Below, one piece after another: positions 21,679-36,200 of a stretch of DNA of 64,000 nt. Location: positions 62,001-126,000 of the forward strand of contig SMSO01000004.1 in assembly GCA_004764695.1 (NCBI GenBank), read 5' to 3'. Positions within the stretch are counted from its first letter, which is position 1; the number at the start of each line of letters is the position of its first letter. A model generated the notes under the pieces. The model had not been told where the DNA came from. It saw only the letters and a list, made by a program, of their open reading frames with translations, and made no database searches. Both the position numbers and the translations under genes were made by a program. The stretch comes from Schizochytrium sp. TIO01. Lineage: Eukaryota > Protista > Bigyra: Labyrinthulomycetes.

Positions 21679-24152
21679 AATAACCTGAAGAACAGACGCT
21701 ACCTATCTACAACGAAGGCGAGCATGCGTGTACGGCTCATTTCATCCACCTGTGCACGATGTCACTTCGAACGCCAAGCATCCTCGTGAATGTACTTCAC
21801 CAAGAATCGAAATGGCTGGCGGCGCATTCATTGTGCTCAAAATGAATATTCACTGTTGTTGCTCCCTAAACCTCCTTCCGTTGGAGAGAGGGTCTTTGAT
21901 GGAAATCTCCAGCACTACAATCTAGCCTGCTGCCTTTTCCATCCACAACTAAGAGTCAACACGAAGAGGCTGCGCCAGCGAGTGAAGGAAAGGAGCCTAG
22001 TCTAAAGGCCGCCATTGCAACAGCGCGTACCGCATTCCATTCGGCTCGAGGTCGTTCCAGGCAATCCAGCCACTGATCGACCCAATCCAATCCAATCCAA
22101 TCCAATCCGCTTTGTCATGCCTTGGTCCATGCGGTCATTTCGGCGCGTTTGGCCTCAAATTACGCGTTCCTCGCAGCATTTCACTTCCCGCTGAGCGCTT
22201 GCATCGAGCACTGCGCAAATGAAATGGCCATCAGTGTCCTTCTCAATTATTGTGGTTGTCCACGCGCATTCCAGTTGGTCCCAACGTTCTCCTCCACGTC
22301 GTTTCCAATTTTCACAAAGGAGCCACGCCTTTCTTACACTGGAGCGCATCGCGAATTACTTGCTTGGAGAAGCCAGGGAACTTGGCCGAGGCCGGCGTGG
22401 ACAGGCAGGGAATGCGAAGGCCGCCCCGATCGAGAGCGTCGTGCGTTACGATTCCTCGATGCGGTGAATTAGACCAAACGGCATTACAAAAGAGAGGCGC
22501 ATCCAAGTTCGAAAAAGCACTGTACAAGACTACTATTTGGCGAAGAAGCAGCGCAATGGATCACAAGCTGAAATGTGGAAATGAGATGAATGAAGTAAAG
22601 AAACCAAGAACACCAAAGAAAGCGAAGCAAAGGATACAGTTTTTGGCGGCGGTGAACCTAATAGATATGTAGGTAGGTAGGCACTCCTCATCCATTTGCA
22701 AAGGCTGACCAATCCTGGGCAGTCAGTCGGTGAGCAAAAGAATATGCGAAGAAGACGGAGGCGAGATTTGTCATTTGAGACGGTAATAAGAAGATGGGTT
22801 TTCAGTTGTTTGCGTGTCCTTGTGATCTGTCTGCTATATGATCGATCGATGAGTGAAGAAGCAGATGTTAGCATTTATTTTGGTTATATCTCCCGTGCAA
22901 ATTACTCACTGGTCATTTTACTTTTTTTATACAAGAAAAATAAAACGAGAACGAGTTAAATTAGTTAATTAAATAAATAAATTGAATTGTAGTAAGAACA
23001 ATTCTATCAACCCTCTCGAAAACCTCTTCTCAACTTTACATTAACTAATAATAGTAGTAATCGTAATATTATAAAAATTAAAAATTGAACGAACAGCATT
23101 TCATTTTGTGCTGCGAATTGCGGCACAGAGAACATGATCGGCAATACGATCAGCGCCAAAAGAGACACAGAAGCTTTTAAAGAGCAACAGGGAGCGGATC
23201 TCAGCCTCATATTATTCCACTGTCGTTATGCGTGATCATTGTAAAGTTCGTACGCAGCTTTCAACCCATTGAACCTGCACTAGCTAGTACCTGGTACCAC
23301 ATTTCTCCACGAATAAACTCTGTTCTCCCTACTTTTAAAAAATAAAATAAAATAAAATAAAATAAAAATCCATCACTCGTTCGAAGAAGAGCAAGGTGAG
23401 ATCTTTTATATTTCACTTAAAAATAAAACTAACGGTGAAAAGGAAAAAGAAGCGAATAATGGACGATGGCCGCTTGAACATGAAGATTGTTCATTCATTC
23501 ATTCATTCATGCATGCAGACATAATTTCAGGGCTCAAGAGTTTCGTGAGAGGCGCCGTTCCGACAGTTGCGCTGATCAGTCGAACCCTCTCTGTCTCCAT
23601 CCTCACCACTGTGCTCAATCCATGCGTTCACCTGCCAATCTCTTTGTGGCTTTGCAATGCCAAAAACTTTTCATTCGACCAGCTTTTTCTAAGTTAGTAA
23701 TTTCCAAATAAAAACAAAAAAAATGAATGATATTCTTTCTATTCATGAACTAAAAATATTTTGAAAATTTTAAACCAGAACCATCATTTAATTTAAAGTA
23801 GCGCCGTACTTCCTTGATCGACACGGGATGGAACAGATGAATGAAATCGTGGCAAAAACTGCAGTTCTCCGACATCGATCGTTCATTTCCTGATTGGTTG
23901 GTTGGCCTATCGATCTATCTTTCTCTCTTTTCTTACCTCTCCAGGGCGTAACGCAGCGGCCCTCCTCAGCCTCACAGCACCTCCTGTGGCACCATTCACC
24001 ATCTCATTCATCGCACAAATGCTCCGCGTCGCGGAACACTGAAGGCAATGCACATCCAACCATATCCCTTACTTATTAGCTCTCCTTTCTTCTTTTCTAA
24101 GGACAAAGGTAAACTAAGAAGAACAGAACAGATATTACTACTCGCACTCTTG

Positions 24153-24155
<3 letters not shown>

Positions 24156-24192
<37 letters not shown>
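24156..24192. repeat. Poly-T tract (37 nt)
   Basis: Uninterrupted T run. Confidence 0.95.
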
Positions 24193-24198
<6 letters not shown>

Positions 24199-24859
24199 TT
24201 TGTTTAAATTTAATAAATAAAAATAAAATCAAAAACCTCTTTCCATGTTTAGATTATAAAACAAAAAACAAAAAACTTTTTATGAAAAAGCTTTAGAACT
24301 ATGTATTTATTAAAACATTATTCTCTGCTCTTTAGTATATAATTAAAGCCAAAAAGGTAGAGCATTCTAAATTCAACATAAATATCAATTTAAAACAAAC
24401 GAAAGAAAAAACATAAAGGAGTAATAAAAGTTACGCTATGAAAAGGTCTTTGTTTCCTCTCTAAAAGATTTACCTGCTGCTACTACCAACTAGCTAGCCC
24501 AACTGCCTTTTTCACACTTCAATGGGCTTTCCCGTGCACTGCGTACGAGCCCAGCTCGCGGTCCTCCCATGGTACCACCTGGTACCAAGGGCCTTTCTAG
24601 GAGTGGCTACACATCTACCTATGCCTCTGCCTGTCTGTTTATCTTATCTCTGTTCCTTTTATTTTTTTAATTTTTATTTTTAAATTTTAAATAGATTAAA
24701 AAGGTAAAAAGTCTCCGCCGATCTTCTCGTGCAAAGAGTGCAATGGCAGATCAGCGCAGTTCATAATATCCAATATCTGAAGAAGGAGCATTAGAATCCA
24801 AAATCAGCGATTTTTAATTTTCAAACGCGGAAGCAATAAGAGCCAAAGGATCGGCTGTT

Positions 24860-24967
24860 TGAATGAATGAATGAATGAATGAATGAATGAATGAATGAAT
24901 GAATGAATGAATGAATGAATGAATGAATCAAACAATCAAACAATCAATCAATCAATCAATCAATCAA
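24860..24967. repeat. Compound microsatellite (TGAA)n followed by (CAAA/CAAT)n
   Basis: About 17 TGAA units, then CAAA/CAAT units. Confidence 0.95.
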
Positions 24968-26212
24968 ATAACGGCGCCAAACCCGTTTCTGGGGATGCCG
25001 AAAGCCGATAGCGCTGGCCACCCAGGCTTGCGTGGGACCTGCCATCGCCATGGAGAGAGAGGCCTGCAACGCGAGTCGCGGAGAAGAGCCGTAGATGGAC
25101 GGACCTCCCTGTCCGCCTATTTACGGAGCCAAATTGTCCTCGAGGCTTTCTCGATGCCGGGTATCCGCAATTATTGTCCAATCTGAGCTTGCTTTCGCAG
25201 GCTGACGAGGTTTCGAAGAGGCTTCGAAGAAGGTTTCCAAGAAAAGGTTTCGAAGAAGGAGCTGGCGAGCGAGGCGAAGGCTCCGAAGAGCGCTGCTAAC
25301 TGACTAACTAACTAACCAACCACGAGCTTTCAAAGATGGTATCTTCTATTCGTACCCATCGGTTCCAACTGTTCTCTTCGTGGTATGGTAGCAGTAGACG
25401 CGTAGGTAGCTTCCTCCTTTCTGGTCGCAGCCAAGGGTTTCTGGAACACTGCTTGTTAAAAAACTTCATCTGATAAATGCTGGTGAAAAGAACAGAACGA
25501 ACAATAGCAGGGAGCAAAGGGAATCAGCGCTCATACGGCATAATCCGAACCACGAAGAGAACAGCGATCTTAGCGTGTTCGTTCATATGTGAAAAAAATT
25601 AATAAGTTTTTTTAATAGTTTGATAATAATAATAATGATAATAATAATATAGAACTATGAACAAAGAAGAGTTACACAAGCATGGACATTTACAGGGCGC
25701 AAACATTGAGGTAATCTGTGGTTTCTGCACTTCTTCTTCTTCTTCTTCTTGTTCTTGTCGTTGTTGAAATCCAAGTCGGAATGGTTTTCCTGTTCAGCAT
25801 TCGGGTCTCGAAATTCACGAAGAGCGAATCGGACAGCACCACGTCAAGAGCCCATCCTGCAGCTCACATCGAAACATCAGACTTCTTGCCACCGCAATAA
25901 TAATGCACCATTAACCTTGAATTTGCAAAACGGTTATCATTGCATAAGGCGCATTTCGCACTCTCCAAGCAAGAACCATCGCCATTTGGTATTTCCTCAA
26001 TCAAAATCAAGCCAAATTCGCTCGCTCACTTCGCTCCTGCCTCGCGATGAGACCATCGGCCATGTTCATCGGTCATTATCAAGCAGGCTCGCAGCGTGTT
26101 TTCTCCACCTGTAGAGCTCTGTGACCCGTTCTTCTGCGTGCAAACGGGCGGTTTTGCGACACCTGATTTAGGACACTGCCGTCGCTTTTAGGACGCCGTG
26201 CGAAGGATGTAC

Positions 26213-26420
26213 TCAATCAAATCCAATCAAATTAAATTAAATTAAATTCAATCAAACCAAATCCAAATTCAATCAAATTCAATCAAATCAAATCAAATTC
26301 AATCAAATCAAATCAAATCAAATCGAATGAAATGAAATCAAACCAAATCCAATCCAATCCAATCGAATGAAATGAAATGAAACAAAATAAAATAGAACCA
26401 AATCATACCAAATCAAATCA
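26213..26420. repeat. Degenerate pentanucleotide microsatellite (AATCA/AATCC/AATGA/AATTA)
   Basis: About 200 bp of 5-mer variants. Confidence 0.9.
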
Positions 26421-28299
26421 TTTAAAGACCACTGCTAAAACTGCTATGGCCGCTTAGCATAGCTACCGCGGTCTTCAAATCAGCCGAGTGGAGATAACGG
26501 AATGCGGGATCTTTCAAGAGTAATCCTCCTCAGAGTCTTGCAGCGGTGCGTGACCGCGCCATTCATTGCTGCCTGCGGCCGGGAGCTTCTGGGTGCGTGC
26601 GGATGTGCACGGGCCTGTCCCTCTGCGCTCGCTGAGCCTTCTGCTTCGGCGCTTGCCGATTACAGCAGCCTCAGGTTTCGAAGCCTGAGGATGTAAAACA
26701 GCGCTCTAGAGAAGGTCCGGCGTAGTGCTTGCTAGCTAATGCTACGCAGCATCATGGCTGACTTCGTCCTTTTGGATCAAAACAGTGAATGAAAAGCCAC
26801 CAATTAAATTGAAAAAAAAAAATATAAATAAATAAAACAAAACTTAAAATCACTCAGACGAAGTCTGCGTTCCGTTCCCTCCCACCCTGGTGCTAATCCC
26901 GTCACCGAAAGAAAGAACGCCAGCAGGAACGCCGGATAGGCTGGCGGCTAGCGGCTGCTAGGCCCCTGCTAGCCACCTTCGCCAATCGAGTGAAAGCTTC
27001 TGCATTTCTCATATACCCACATCTGCAGATAAAAGGCCTTTCATCGCTATTGCTGTCGTAACTCTGACTACGCCTGGAAAGCGCAGGGCAGCGCAACGCA
27101 TTGTACTGCTAGCGAATTGCGTAGTTGGCAGGTCGGGGCATAGTAATTCTATGACGTCGCGCGAGAGGCCTTTCGTGGAGGTTTCGTGGAGGCACAGTGG
27201 AAGAAAACCTTGGATGACAGGCTGGCCTCGGGTTGGAGGGGCGTCTTCGACAGATAAGCCCCAGGCCGATCCTTGAAGGGGAGCTCTAGAGTGACGCTCA
27301 CGGCTTGAGCAATTCGAGCGCTCCAGCTGGAGCGAGAACCAGAGGACCAGATCAGGAGTGGAAGCGAGCGGCTGAGCGGGTGCCTGAGCCCTTTCCTTGC
27401 AGTTCCCACAGTACTCCCCTGATGTTCCTGCTCAAGGATATCCTCGGTACTGTCATTCATGGATAGCACCAGCAGCGGTATTGGCGAGATTTAGAGGGGC
27501 ATAAACCACCCACAGTGACGCACCAAGTCTGGAGGCGAACATGGTTCGAATTCACTGCTTAATGAAGCGAGCGTTCCAACCAATACATGTATGTAAAATG
27601 TTTCAGATTTTAAATAAAAATAATATATATTGAAAAAAGAAAAGAAAAAGAAAAAGGAGTTTACACATATGTAATAATAAAGATATAAACCTTTTTAATT
27701 TCTTTCAGTTATTCTGTTCAACTATGGTACTGTGGACTTCAAAGGTATATACGATAAAAAAAATAAAAAAATATAATATATATAGATGTAAACTGAAAAA
27801 CCAAACCAAAAGAACAAACTTAAGAGAAAAAAAAAGAGGAACTACATAAAAAAGGGGGTTCTTCTTTTAGGTGGGTACTATTGGTTCGAAATGGTCCACG
27901 GTATAAAATTTACATACACCTACCTACTGTTTATCCTAGCACACAGAGCGAAACTCGCTTCTTAGCATGGGAAGGGAAACACACAAAGAGCTCAAGGATC
28001 CAAGAAGATCGAGGAGAGCAGGAAGCAGGAAATCTAAAAGAATGCGCGAAGAAAGAGCGAGGAAATCGCCTATTTTCAAGAATCGTTGGCACTCGCTCAC
28101 GCCCGCACGCCCGCACGCCCGTTGCCTAAGCGCTGCTCCCCACGCGGCGAGCAACTAGTTGAACTGGCGCCATCTCAGGCTGCTTCAAGAAAGCCTCGGA
28201 CCGCTCGGTTCGAAAGCATCATCCCTGCAGATCAGCTGCCAAAGCAGCAGCAGTCAATCCTTCCCATGTGTTTGAATTCAAACTCATCTCAGGACACGT

Positions 28300-28370
28300 T
28301 TTTGAATTAGTTTGAATTAGTTTGAATTGGTTTGAATTGGTTTGAATTGGTTTGAATTGGTTGAATTGAG
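28300..28370. repeat. 10-bp tandem repeat TTTGAATT(A/G)G
   Basis: About six consecutive units. Confidence 0.9.
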
Positions 28371-31300
28371 TTAAACTCAAATCCAATCCCTTTCCTTTTG
28401 TTTCTTCTTGGAGATGAGGAGGTACCTTCTCCAAGGCATGCGCTCTTCGAGGAGCAATCCGTCTCCCTCAGGGCAGCCAGGCGAGGCAGGCGGAGCAGAA
28501 CAGACAGCCTCGCGGATCGAAGATCATCGACGACGGTAGCTAGAACGCAAGGACCACGGCAAGACCGCTCCCTCCCTCGTTCGCTTTCTTTTCTCTGTCT
28601 GAGGCTTGACCGTCACGACCGCCACGACCGCCACGACCGCCGCTCGAGGCTGCGCTGGAGGATGACGTCGCCGGCGGCCTCGACTCAGCTGAGCGTGCTT
28701 AGATGAATGCATGCATGCATGCTTCCATGCATTCATTCATCCATCCATCTATCCATCCATCCATGCACGCTTAGATCGATGCGTGTCTCTAGCTCTCCCC
28801 ACGGTTGGCTGCTCAAGTCTTGATCACGCTGGTCTCTCCCTCGAGACGGCGATTGCGGCGGCTGAGCCGGTTCTTCGTCAAATCGTCACCACCGTCATCA
28901 TCGTCATCATCGGGAGCACCATCGTCAACTACTTCAAGATCATCAGTGTATCCTATCCTCGTCAATCTTTCCTTCTTTCTTCACGTGGCTTCAGAGATTT
29001 TGGGGGAAGAACCGTCAATGTTGGAGGTGATTGCCAAAGCTTGAAAACGTCAAGCTGCAATGAGCCTAGTCCAACCCAGGTCTTGGGACTCGTGGTAGAG
29101 CCCATGGTGCAGAAGGTAATGCCACTTGAACTCGGTCGATTGCTGGAGTCCGTCGCCTTGAGCAATCGCCTCTTCGCTTCATCCGCCTCGTGCGCCGGGA
29201 GTCCCATCGACCTACGATCATCATCTCCAAGTTTCGCCGAGTCCAGTCCCAATTCTAGAGCTGGATGATGACAATATCTTCAATCGGTCTCCGCTCAAGC
29301 CATAATTCAATCGATCTCGATCCTCCAAAAACAGGCCTCATTCGTTCCAAGCCCAGCTCCAGAAGCCCGAATTCCAAGCCCAGACTTTGGGACCCTGGTG
29401 GCGGTGCCTCTGCCACGCCACCCCAATAAGCAGACCTTGCTTGACTCGTCGTCGTCGTGGGCCTCGAGCCGATGCCGCTCCTCTCTAAAGAGTTAGAGAG
29501 AGATCTTCCTCGCGCTCTGGCGCCACGGCGCTTCTCGCTCACAGCGGGCAGAACGCCGGCGCTTCGCGAGGGTCCCTGTCCCACATTTCGGGACCGCCTC
29601 GAGGGCCTCGTTCGGCCATACAGTCAGCTCGAGGCGGCCGGAGGCTCAGCGACAGGGCAAACTTGCTTCTTTCTTCTTACAGGCTTTCTTGGCGCGGTCT
29701 CGCTGCCTGCCTGCCTCTCTGCCTCTCTGCCCCTCTGCCTCTTTGCCCCTCTGCGGGAGGGCCCCCTCTGCGATTTCTTTCGTTTCCTCCCGCTGCCCCT
29801 CTGTCTCCACTGCCTCGTAGCGCCTCCTCTGGGCGCCGCCCTTCGCCCCTTCAGCCCTGCCGACCAGCCAACCTGCCGACCAAACAGTCAGCGGCTGTGT
29901 TTCCCTCAGCAGCCCCAGCTGCGGTGAGGGTCAGTGCAAGTGCGAGTGCTCGCTGTGGGAAAGTGAGCCTCCATAAACACACAGAGAGAGAGATAGGCTC
30001 TGCCTGCGATCAGCGAGCGAGGCCTCTTTGATAATTAATGCTCCTCCGCCTTGAACTCAAACCTCACCGCGGCGTGCCTCGAGTGCGAAGCGCTGCTGCT
30101 GGCAGCGGTGCTCCTCAATGTGCACATGCATGCCCGGTCCTCGCCTGCAGGCAGTTTACTCGGTTCTGGCTGAAACGCAGAGCAGACGCGTGTAGAGATG
30201 GGTTGCTGTGCAGGCAAAGCTCATCTCGCAAAGGCTCCTTTTTTTAAAGTTGTCAGGGCGGTATCATTGCTGTTGTTATGATCATGACGACCCAGGAGGA
30301 AAAAAGCGAACCTTACCCAGGTTTAGCTTACGAGCTTTTGCTTTTTGGATCCCTCGAAAACGAGTATCTAGTGTAGTCGTAGTGCCAGCAGGTAGAAAGA
30401 AGGCAAATGCTGTGTCGTCGCCTCTTCTCGCTGTTTGTTGTTGTTTGGTTAGGGGGTTTCTTTGAATTGAGAAGAAAGCAAACGAACCCAACCAAGTTCA
30501 ACTTCAATCAAGGTCTGCAAAGATCAGCGAGCCGCGAGGATGGCCTTGTTTGGGGATATTTGCTGCCTGCCTGCTTCTGAAAGGGCGGCGGCAGTGACGA
30601 TCGTGATAGCGACGACGAGGTATTGAAGAGCGCTCTGTGATCGTGATCAGATTGTTCTAAATCGTTTATTTCGTATTGTTATTATTATTTAAAACCACAT
30701 TTTACATTTTACGAGTGCTATTTTTTTTTTTAAATATAAAATGAAATTTAAGAATTATACATTTTAGTAGATAGAAAACATTCCGTTAAAGTCAAAATGT
30801 TGTTGTTATTATTACTATCGCAATTTTGTTGTTATAGAAAAAAAATCATATAATCGATCTGATTCTTTAAAAAGAGAAAAAGAAAAAAAGAACACCAACC
30901 GCATGTTTTAAAAGAAGAAAAATGAAAATAACTTCTTTGTTGAAAAAAAAAGGGGGAAAAAAGAAAAGAAAAGAAACGTTGAACATAAATTTTTTAAAAA
31001 TAAAAATAAAAACGAAAAGAAAGGGAGAAATGAAAAAAGCGCGAGGTAGTTATAGTAACAATTGTACTTACTTAGGCGGGAAACAGTTAAAATTCGAGCC
31101 CCTCAGTTGTTCCAAGGAACTAACTGAGATGCATAGAGACTGGGGAACTCGTCTCCCAGCTCTACTCTTTTAGCATAGAAGTGCTTACCTACCAACTACT
31201 GGAGGACTCCACATCGGAAGCTCGTGCCATTCTTCTTTCTTTTTCTCCCAACCTCATAAAAAGCAGCAATCTCCAGCTTAATAAACTTAGTTCGTGCTTC

Positions 31301-32454
31301 GAAAATCAAAGAAAGACGAAAATAGATGTATAGCAGGCAAGCTCTTGAAAGAAGGCCGTCTTAAATGAAAGCTTACACTGTACTAGTTGCGCCTACTTGC
31401 GCCTAAAAGAAAAAAGAAAAAAAGTCCTCCTCGTCATCGCCTCTCTCATCGCACTGAAGAAAGATTGCGCATGACATGTATGGCGCCGCAAACCAAAAAG
31501 AGCGAAGCCGACCGAAGAGATGAATCACAATCGGGCTATAATAAACAAATAAACAAACAAATAAATACATACATAAACATTCGGGTTTCCGCCGGGCAGC
31601 CAGCCAGCTATGTCCTGAAGTATTTCATCGGAATTCATTCGACTCCACTCCGGTTTCAAGTCGAGCGAGCCGCCGTGCCTCCAGTAAAAAGGCGGTAGGT
31701 ACGAGCTCACAGAGCACTCGAACTCCATTCAAACTCCCTTCAAGGCCATCCAATCCTTCTGAACCCCTTTCTCATTTAGCGGACAACGCAACACATACTT
31801 CGCCAGGAGCCGGTCAGTGCACACCCTTGGCAGCACCGCGTTCATCTGTCCCGTACATACATTGTGCGCATAGGACGATGGGAATTCATTCCTGTAGCGG
31901 CGCACCAAGGAAGAGAGAGGGACCGGCAACGGCCTTTTCGAGCTCGCTCTTGGCCGGCTTGAGGGACCGTTTCTGCCGTGCATCGGGCCCTCCTGGGGCA
32001 GCGATTGGCAGCCAAGCCGGCGGTTTCTTACGCCCTCAACACGGTCTCTTCGCTTGCCGTTGGCTTCTTCACTCTCCAGCTGCCGTCACGAGACGCCGCA
32101 TTGGCTTCAGTTCTCCCTTTCTTCGACGCCTCGCGCCGACTTTCTTTCAAAGGCACTTCGAATGAGTCGCGCACGGTGCGCTGCCGCTCGCAGTTTTTCT
32201 TGGATAGCGAGGATCCATTAAAGTGCGAGGGTTGGATTCGAGCTCTCTCTGTCTCTGTCTCTGTCTCTGCCTCTGCCTCTGTTGAGCGAGCTCGCTGGCT
32301 GGAAAGGCAGCAAGTTGGTTGAACGAAGCGGCGCTTACCTCGACTGATGAGTTGCATGCATATAGCTGCGATCTCCGGGCCCACCCACTCTCGCTTCAAG
32401 CTGCGCAGCGGCCGGCGTGGATCCCGGTGGACCCGAGTCGGTTCTCCGATCTAG

Positions 32455-32493
32455 AGTCAAGTCAAGTCAAGTCAAGTCAAGTCAAGTCAAGTC
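32455..32493. repeat. (AGTCA)n microsatellite
   Basis: About seven perfect units. Confidence 0.9.
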
Positions 32494-33255
32494 GATTCTC
32501 GAGAGCTTTATGCTTCGACTCGACTTTCTACCCTGCTTTTTGTATTTAATTTTTAAAAACCGACGACTGTTCAAAAAAGCTCAAAAGCTTCAAATGATTT
32601 CTTGGCTTCTTGTTGAAAGCTGCAGGTAAGACTTCTCAGAAATCACCACCACACGTAAGATGGATGAACTTCACTCACCGAAGTGGGCAGAAAAGGGTTC
32701 AAGAGCACTCCCAGATTGACGGCCGATTGACTGGTCCACAGAAGCGGCCTCTACCTATCCTACTGAAAGGGGCTCGCAGCTGGTTCTAAGCTTGGGCGGC
32801 GGCCAGGCAGCCAGTCCAAGTCTCGTGAATACCACCACATCAGGTTCGAATTTGGGTTCCGGTCTCTGTTCGATTCAAGTTCGGGCGCCCGACGCCTCCG
32901 CCTCTAGAATCTCGTGAACGAGTACACACCCCTACACGCGCACACCTTCATCTGCTTGAGGTTAGTCTCGTATTTCGATCTATAGCAAGGCTCAGGATAT
33001 GGTGGGCCTTTGAGAGCCAAGACTGCCAACTTGCCAAGCCAAAAGGCGCCTTGCCTTGCAGGTCGAGCTGGGGTCCAACCGCGCGTCGACCAAGCAGTCA
33101 GCCAGCTGTGTTGATTAACAAATACTACTTGTCTAGGGCCACGTTGGACGTTTGGCTGTCTGGCGATTTGGCGATTTGGTTGGCGGTTTGGCGGTTTGGC
33201 GGTTTGTGTTTTGCGATGGGTGAGTCTTTCAATCAGTCGAGCAGTGAATCAGTCG

Positions 33256-33286
<31 letters not shown>

Positions 33287-36200
33287 CAAAAAGCCATCCA
33301 GCGGTGCAGGAACCCAAGAAACCAGGGCCACTTCGACGGATCGCCGATCGCATTCTGAGCTTTCGGACCGCCTCGCGAGATGGCCTCATGCACGGCTGGC
33401 TGGTTGGCTGCCTCGCTCTCAGTCGAGCGGCTCAGAAGCCTGACTGCGTACGATCCCCTCGTCTCGCCAAATCCTGGCAATCTCGCAGCGCTGCTCCGGC
33501 TCCCTCGCCGCCTGCTCACCCCTGTGTGCCAGGAATAAGGGCGGGGGGGGCTGCATGGATTCTCCCCCCACGCTCTTTCTCAATGAAGTTGCGAGAAGAG
33601 AAAGGCTTCGTGAGCCTTTCAAGGTTGAAATGAAAGCAAAGGGGAAACAATGATAGGCTCTGGTCAAAGGCAGACCGACGAAGTGGAGAACAGAGGGAAT
33701 GGAACAGAACGAACGTGTGTGGTTTCTTGTCGGGTTTCGAGCGTGAGAAAAGGGCTCAAATTGAGATCCTGGCTGCTTTGTCTGTGCAGGAGAACGGCAC
33801 TGAGAAGCTCGGGAAAGCGCCCGCCTTCGCTTACGGAGGTGGGGTGCGGTAGAGCGACTTGCTGGGGCCGAAGAAGCCTCAGGAGGCGGTGGCCATACTC
33901 AGTTCTGGAACACCCAGCAAGATCAGAAAATTGGCCTTGCTTCAAGTTATTCTTCGCTGTGAAGGCCATCGCTAGGAGTAGAGTAGGTAGGTACTATGTA
34001 GGTACTACTGCTGTAAATGGCACAGATACATACATAGATAGTTAGTTAGTTAGGTAGGTAGTTGGTTAGGCAGATCCAAGTATCCTTAATCTCGCCAGTT
34101 GGATCCGAGCCGCCGCTTCTTTCAAACTCGAGCTTGAAGAATTCGAGTACAGGCACAAGGCGCAAAACTTTCTTTCTTTCTGTTCTGCAAGCTGGACTCT
34201 CTTTATCCTCGCTCTCCTCCTTCTTCAGGCATGCAGGCAGACGCGCCGCTTCTGACACGTCAACATCCTCGGCGCAGAGCGTCGGTGGAGATACAGACAG
34301 ATCAGATTGACAAACTTGAAGAAAGGACCTCTGTTTTGAAACTCATGATGGCATTCTCATTTCTTTTTCCGAGTTATTATTATTATTCTTATCAATATGA
34401 TTTATAATTTTAAAAAATAATAGTATTAGTAATAAAAGTTTATATGATAAAAGAGTACGAGAAACAAAAAGATGGGAAAAAGATGGAATATTATGCTTTC
34501 GTCTCACTGGTACACTTGGTGTGCTAAGTGAGTCTGTAATTCATTCATTCATTCATATTTCATTCATTTATGGAGGCAAACCAACCAATTGAAAGCGCTG
34601 CACAGCCCGTGACGCGCGAACGGGGCTACAAACGCTCGCGAATCGCAAGTGCGGCTTAGCTCACGCGCCTCGACCAGCCAGCCAGCCAGCCAACCATTTG
34701 GGCCGCGGCCATGAGTTTCTGCAGTGCAAAGTACAGAGTACCCCAGACTCGCTATATATGAAAAAGGGGAAAAAGAAGCCGCGGACTTTCTTGTTTCTCG
34801 ATCCTGCATCATTTCTTTTTTCTTTTTTCTTTCTTTTCTTTTCAGTAAAGATAAAATATAATATTTCCTTTGAGTAGAAAGGTTCTTATTCTGTTATTGT
34901 ACGTAAAAACATAAAACAGAGGCATAAGACTTTTGAAGTATGAACTATATATACATTTATATGAAAACAGTCTGGGAAGACTCTAAACTCGGAAACAACG
35001 GCGGAAGGACAGCGGCGCTTTTTTGCGAACGTTGTTTTTACCTGAGCTTGTTTTCTGCAAGTCCCCCTTTCACGTCGATGTCTACTGCCATCTACGTACC
35101 TTCTTTTTCTCCAGGTTGAGGAGGTTGCTATGGATCGATGGGCGCAAAGGAGGACGAATTTAAGTATTCTGATCAACGTTTTGCAACAACAGGACACCGA
35201 CTACAATCCACAATGACAACATCAACAGCAACAGCAGCAACAAACAACAAAGGCAACAAAACCAAACAACCAGAAAAGCACGAGTACAGTATTCGAGTTC
35301 GAACTGACTTTTTGCGAGCTCACCGGCGAGAAACGAGGGATTTCGGAAAATGAAAGCGTCACAAAAGACTTCGACGAGGTGCTCAGCAGCGCCTCGAGCG
35401 TCAAGCCGATAGGGACTTTCAGCCCCTTCTTCGCTTCCAGCAACAGCAACAACGTCTCTTCACAGCCCAGGTCGTCGCGGTTGGTTTCCACTTTCACAGT
35501 CAGCACCTGTTCCTCTCCGCCAAGTCCTCCGTTGAAGTCATCCCTTCATCCATTCCACGGCATTGCCTTCCGCGATGCCGCTCTTCATCATTTCCATCGC
35601 GCATTCGCATTCGGAAAGAGCGTAATCCCCAGAAGAAGAAGAAAACACGAATCCATCCCTAAAAGACGGCAGCGCCAGCCAGATGCGAGCGACGTTCGCG
35701 CTCTGCCTCGAGACCCTCGGAGCACTTGCTTGCGAGCTGTCCCGTGCACGGACGCCGCGAGCTCGACGTCGTCGATGCTCTCCATCCAGCCCGAAGCTAA
35801 CTCAACTGCTTTCTTCAATTCGGGATCTTGCTTGCCCTCTCCAAAGTCGCCGGGGCCTCTTGCCATCTGTCCCCCCCTTCCCTTTTCCATGATGTGGTTT
35901 CCTCATTTGTGATGTATGTAAGTAACATGGCTGTAGCTATCTATCCATCTATCCATCTATCCATCTATCTATCTATGCATGTATCTACCAGGTAGCTACG
36001 CTGCTGTAAGAAGTGGTTGGAAATTCAAAATTTGAGTGCTCCGCGGCGTCTCACGATGATTATCTGTTCAACTACGCAGAGATTTGAATTCAAAGTCGAA
36101 CTTGGAGGACAACAATGGCTGGCGCCGCTTTCTTGAACCTCAGGGCTTTTTCTGCAGCGCCGCGACGCCACGCCCTGCTTCTGTCTGCCCGCTCGCGGTG

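Noticed and set aside
21082-21789. 235-aa ORF overlapping the CFAP57 3' end
   Set aside because: It is an alternative frame extended by the 28-bp minisatellite and has no motifs.
27480-27560. tRNA/Pol III gene suggested by GGTTCGAATT (also at about 32842)
   Set aside because: No cloverleaf or matching A box, and the B box is imperfect.
28711-29927. Cluster of 100-185 aa ORFs on both strands inside the desert
   Set aside because: Low complexity, microsatellite-derived starts, no domain motifs and no consistent frame.
32343-32380. Hammerhead ribozyme suggested by CTGATGAG
   Set aside because: No GAAA core follows a stem II.
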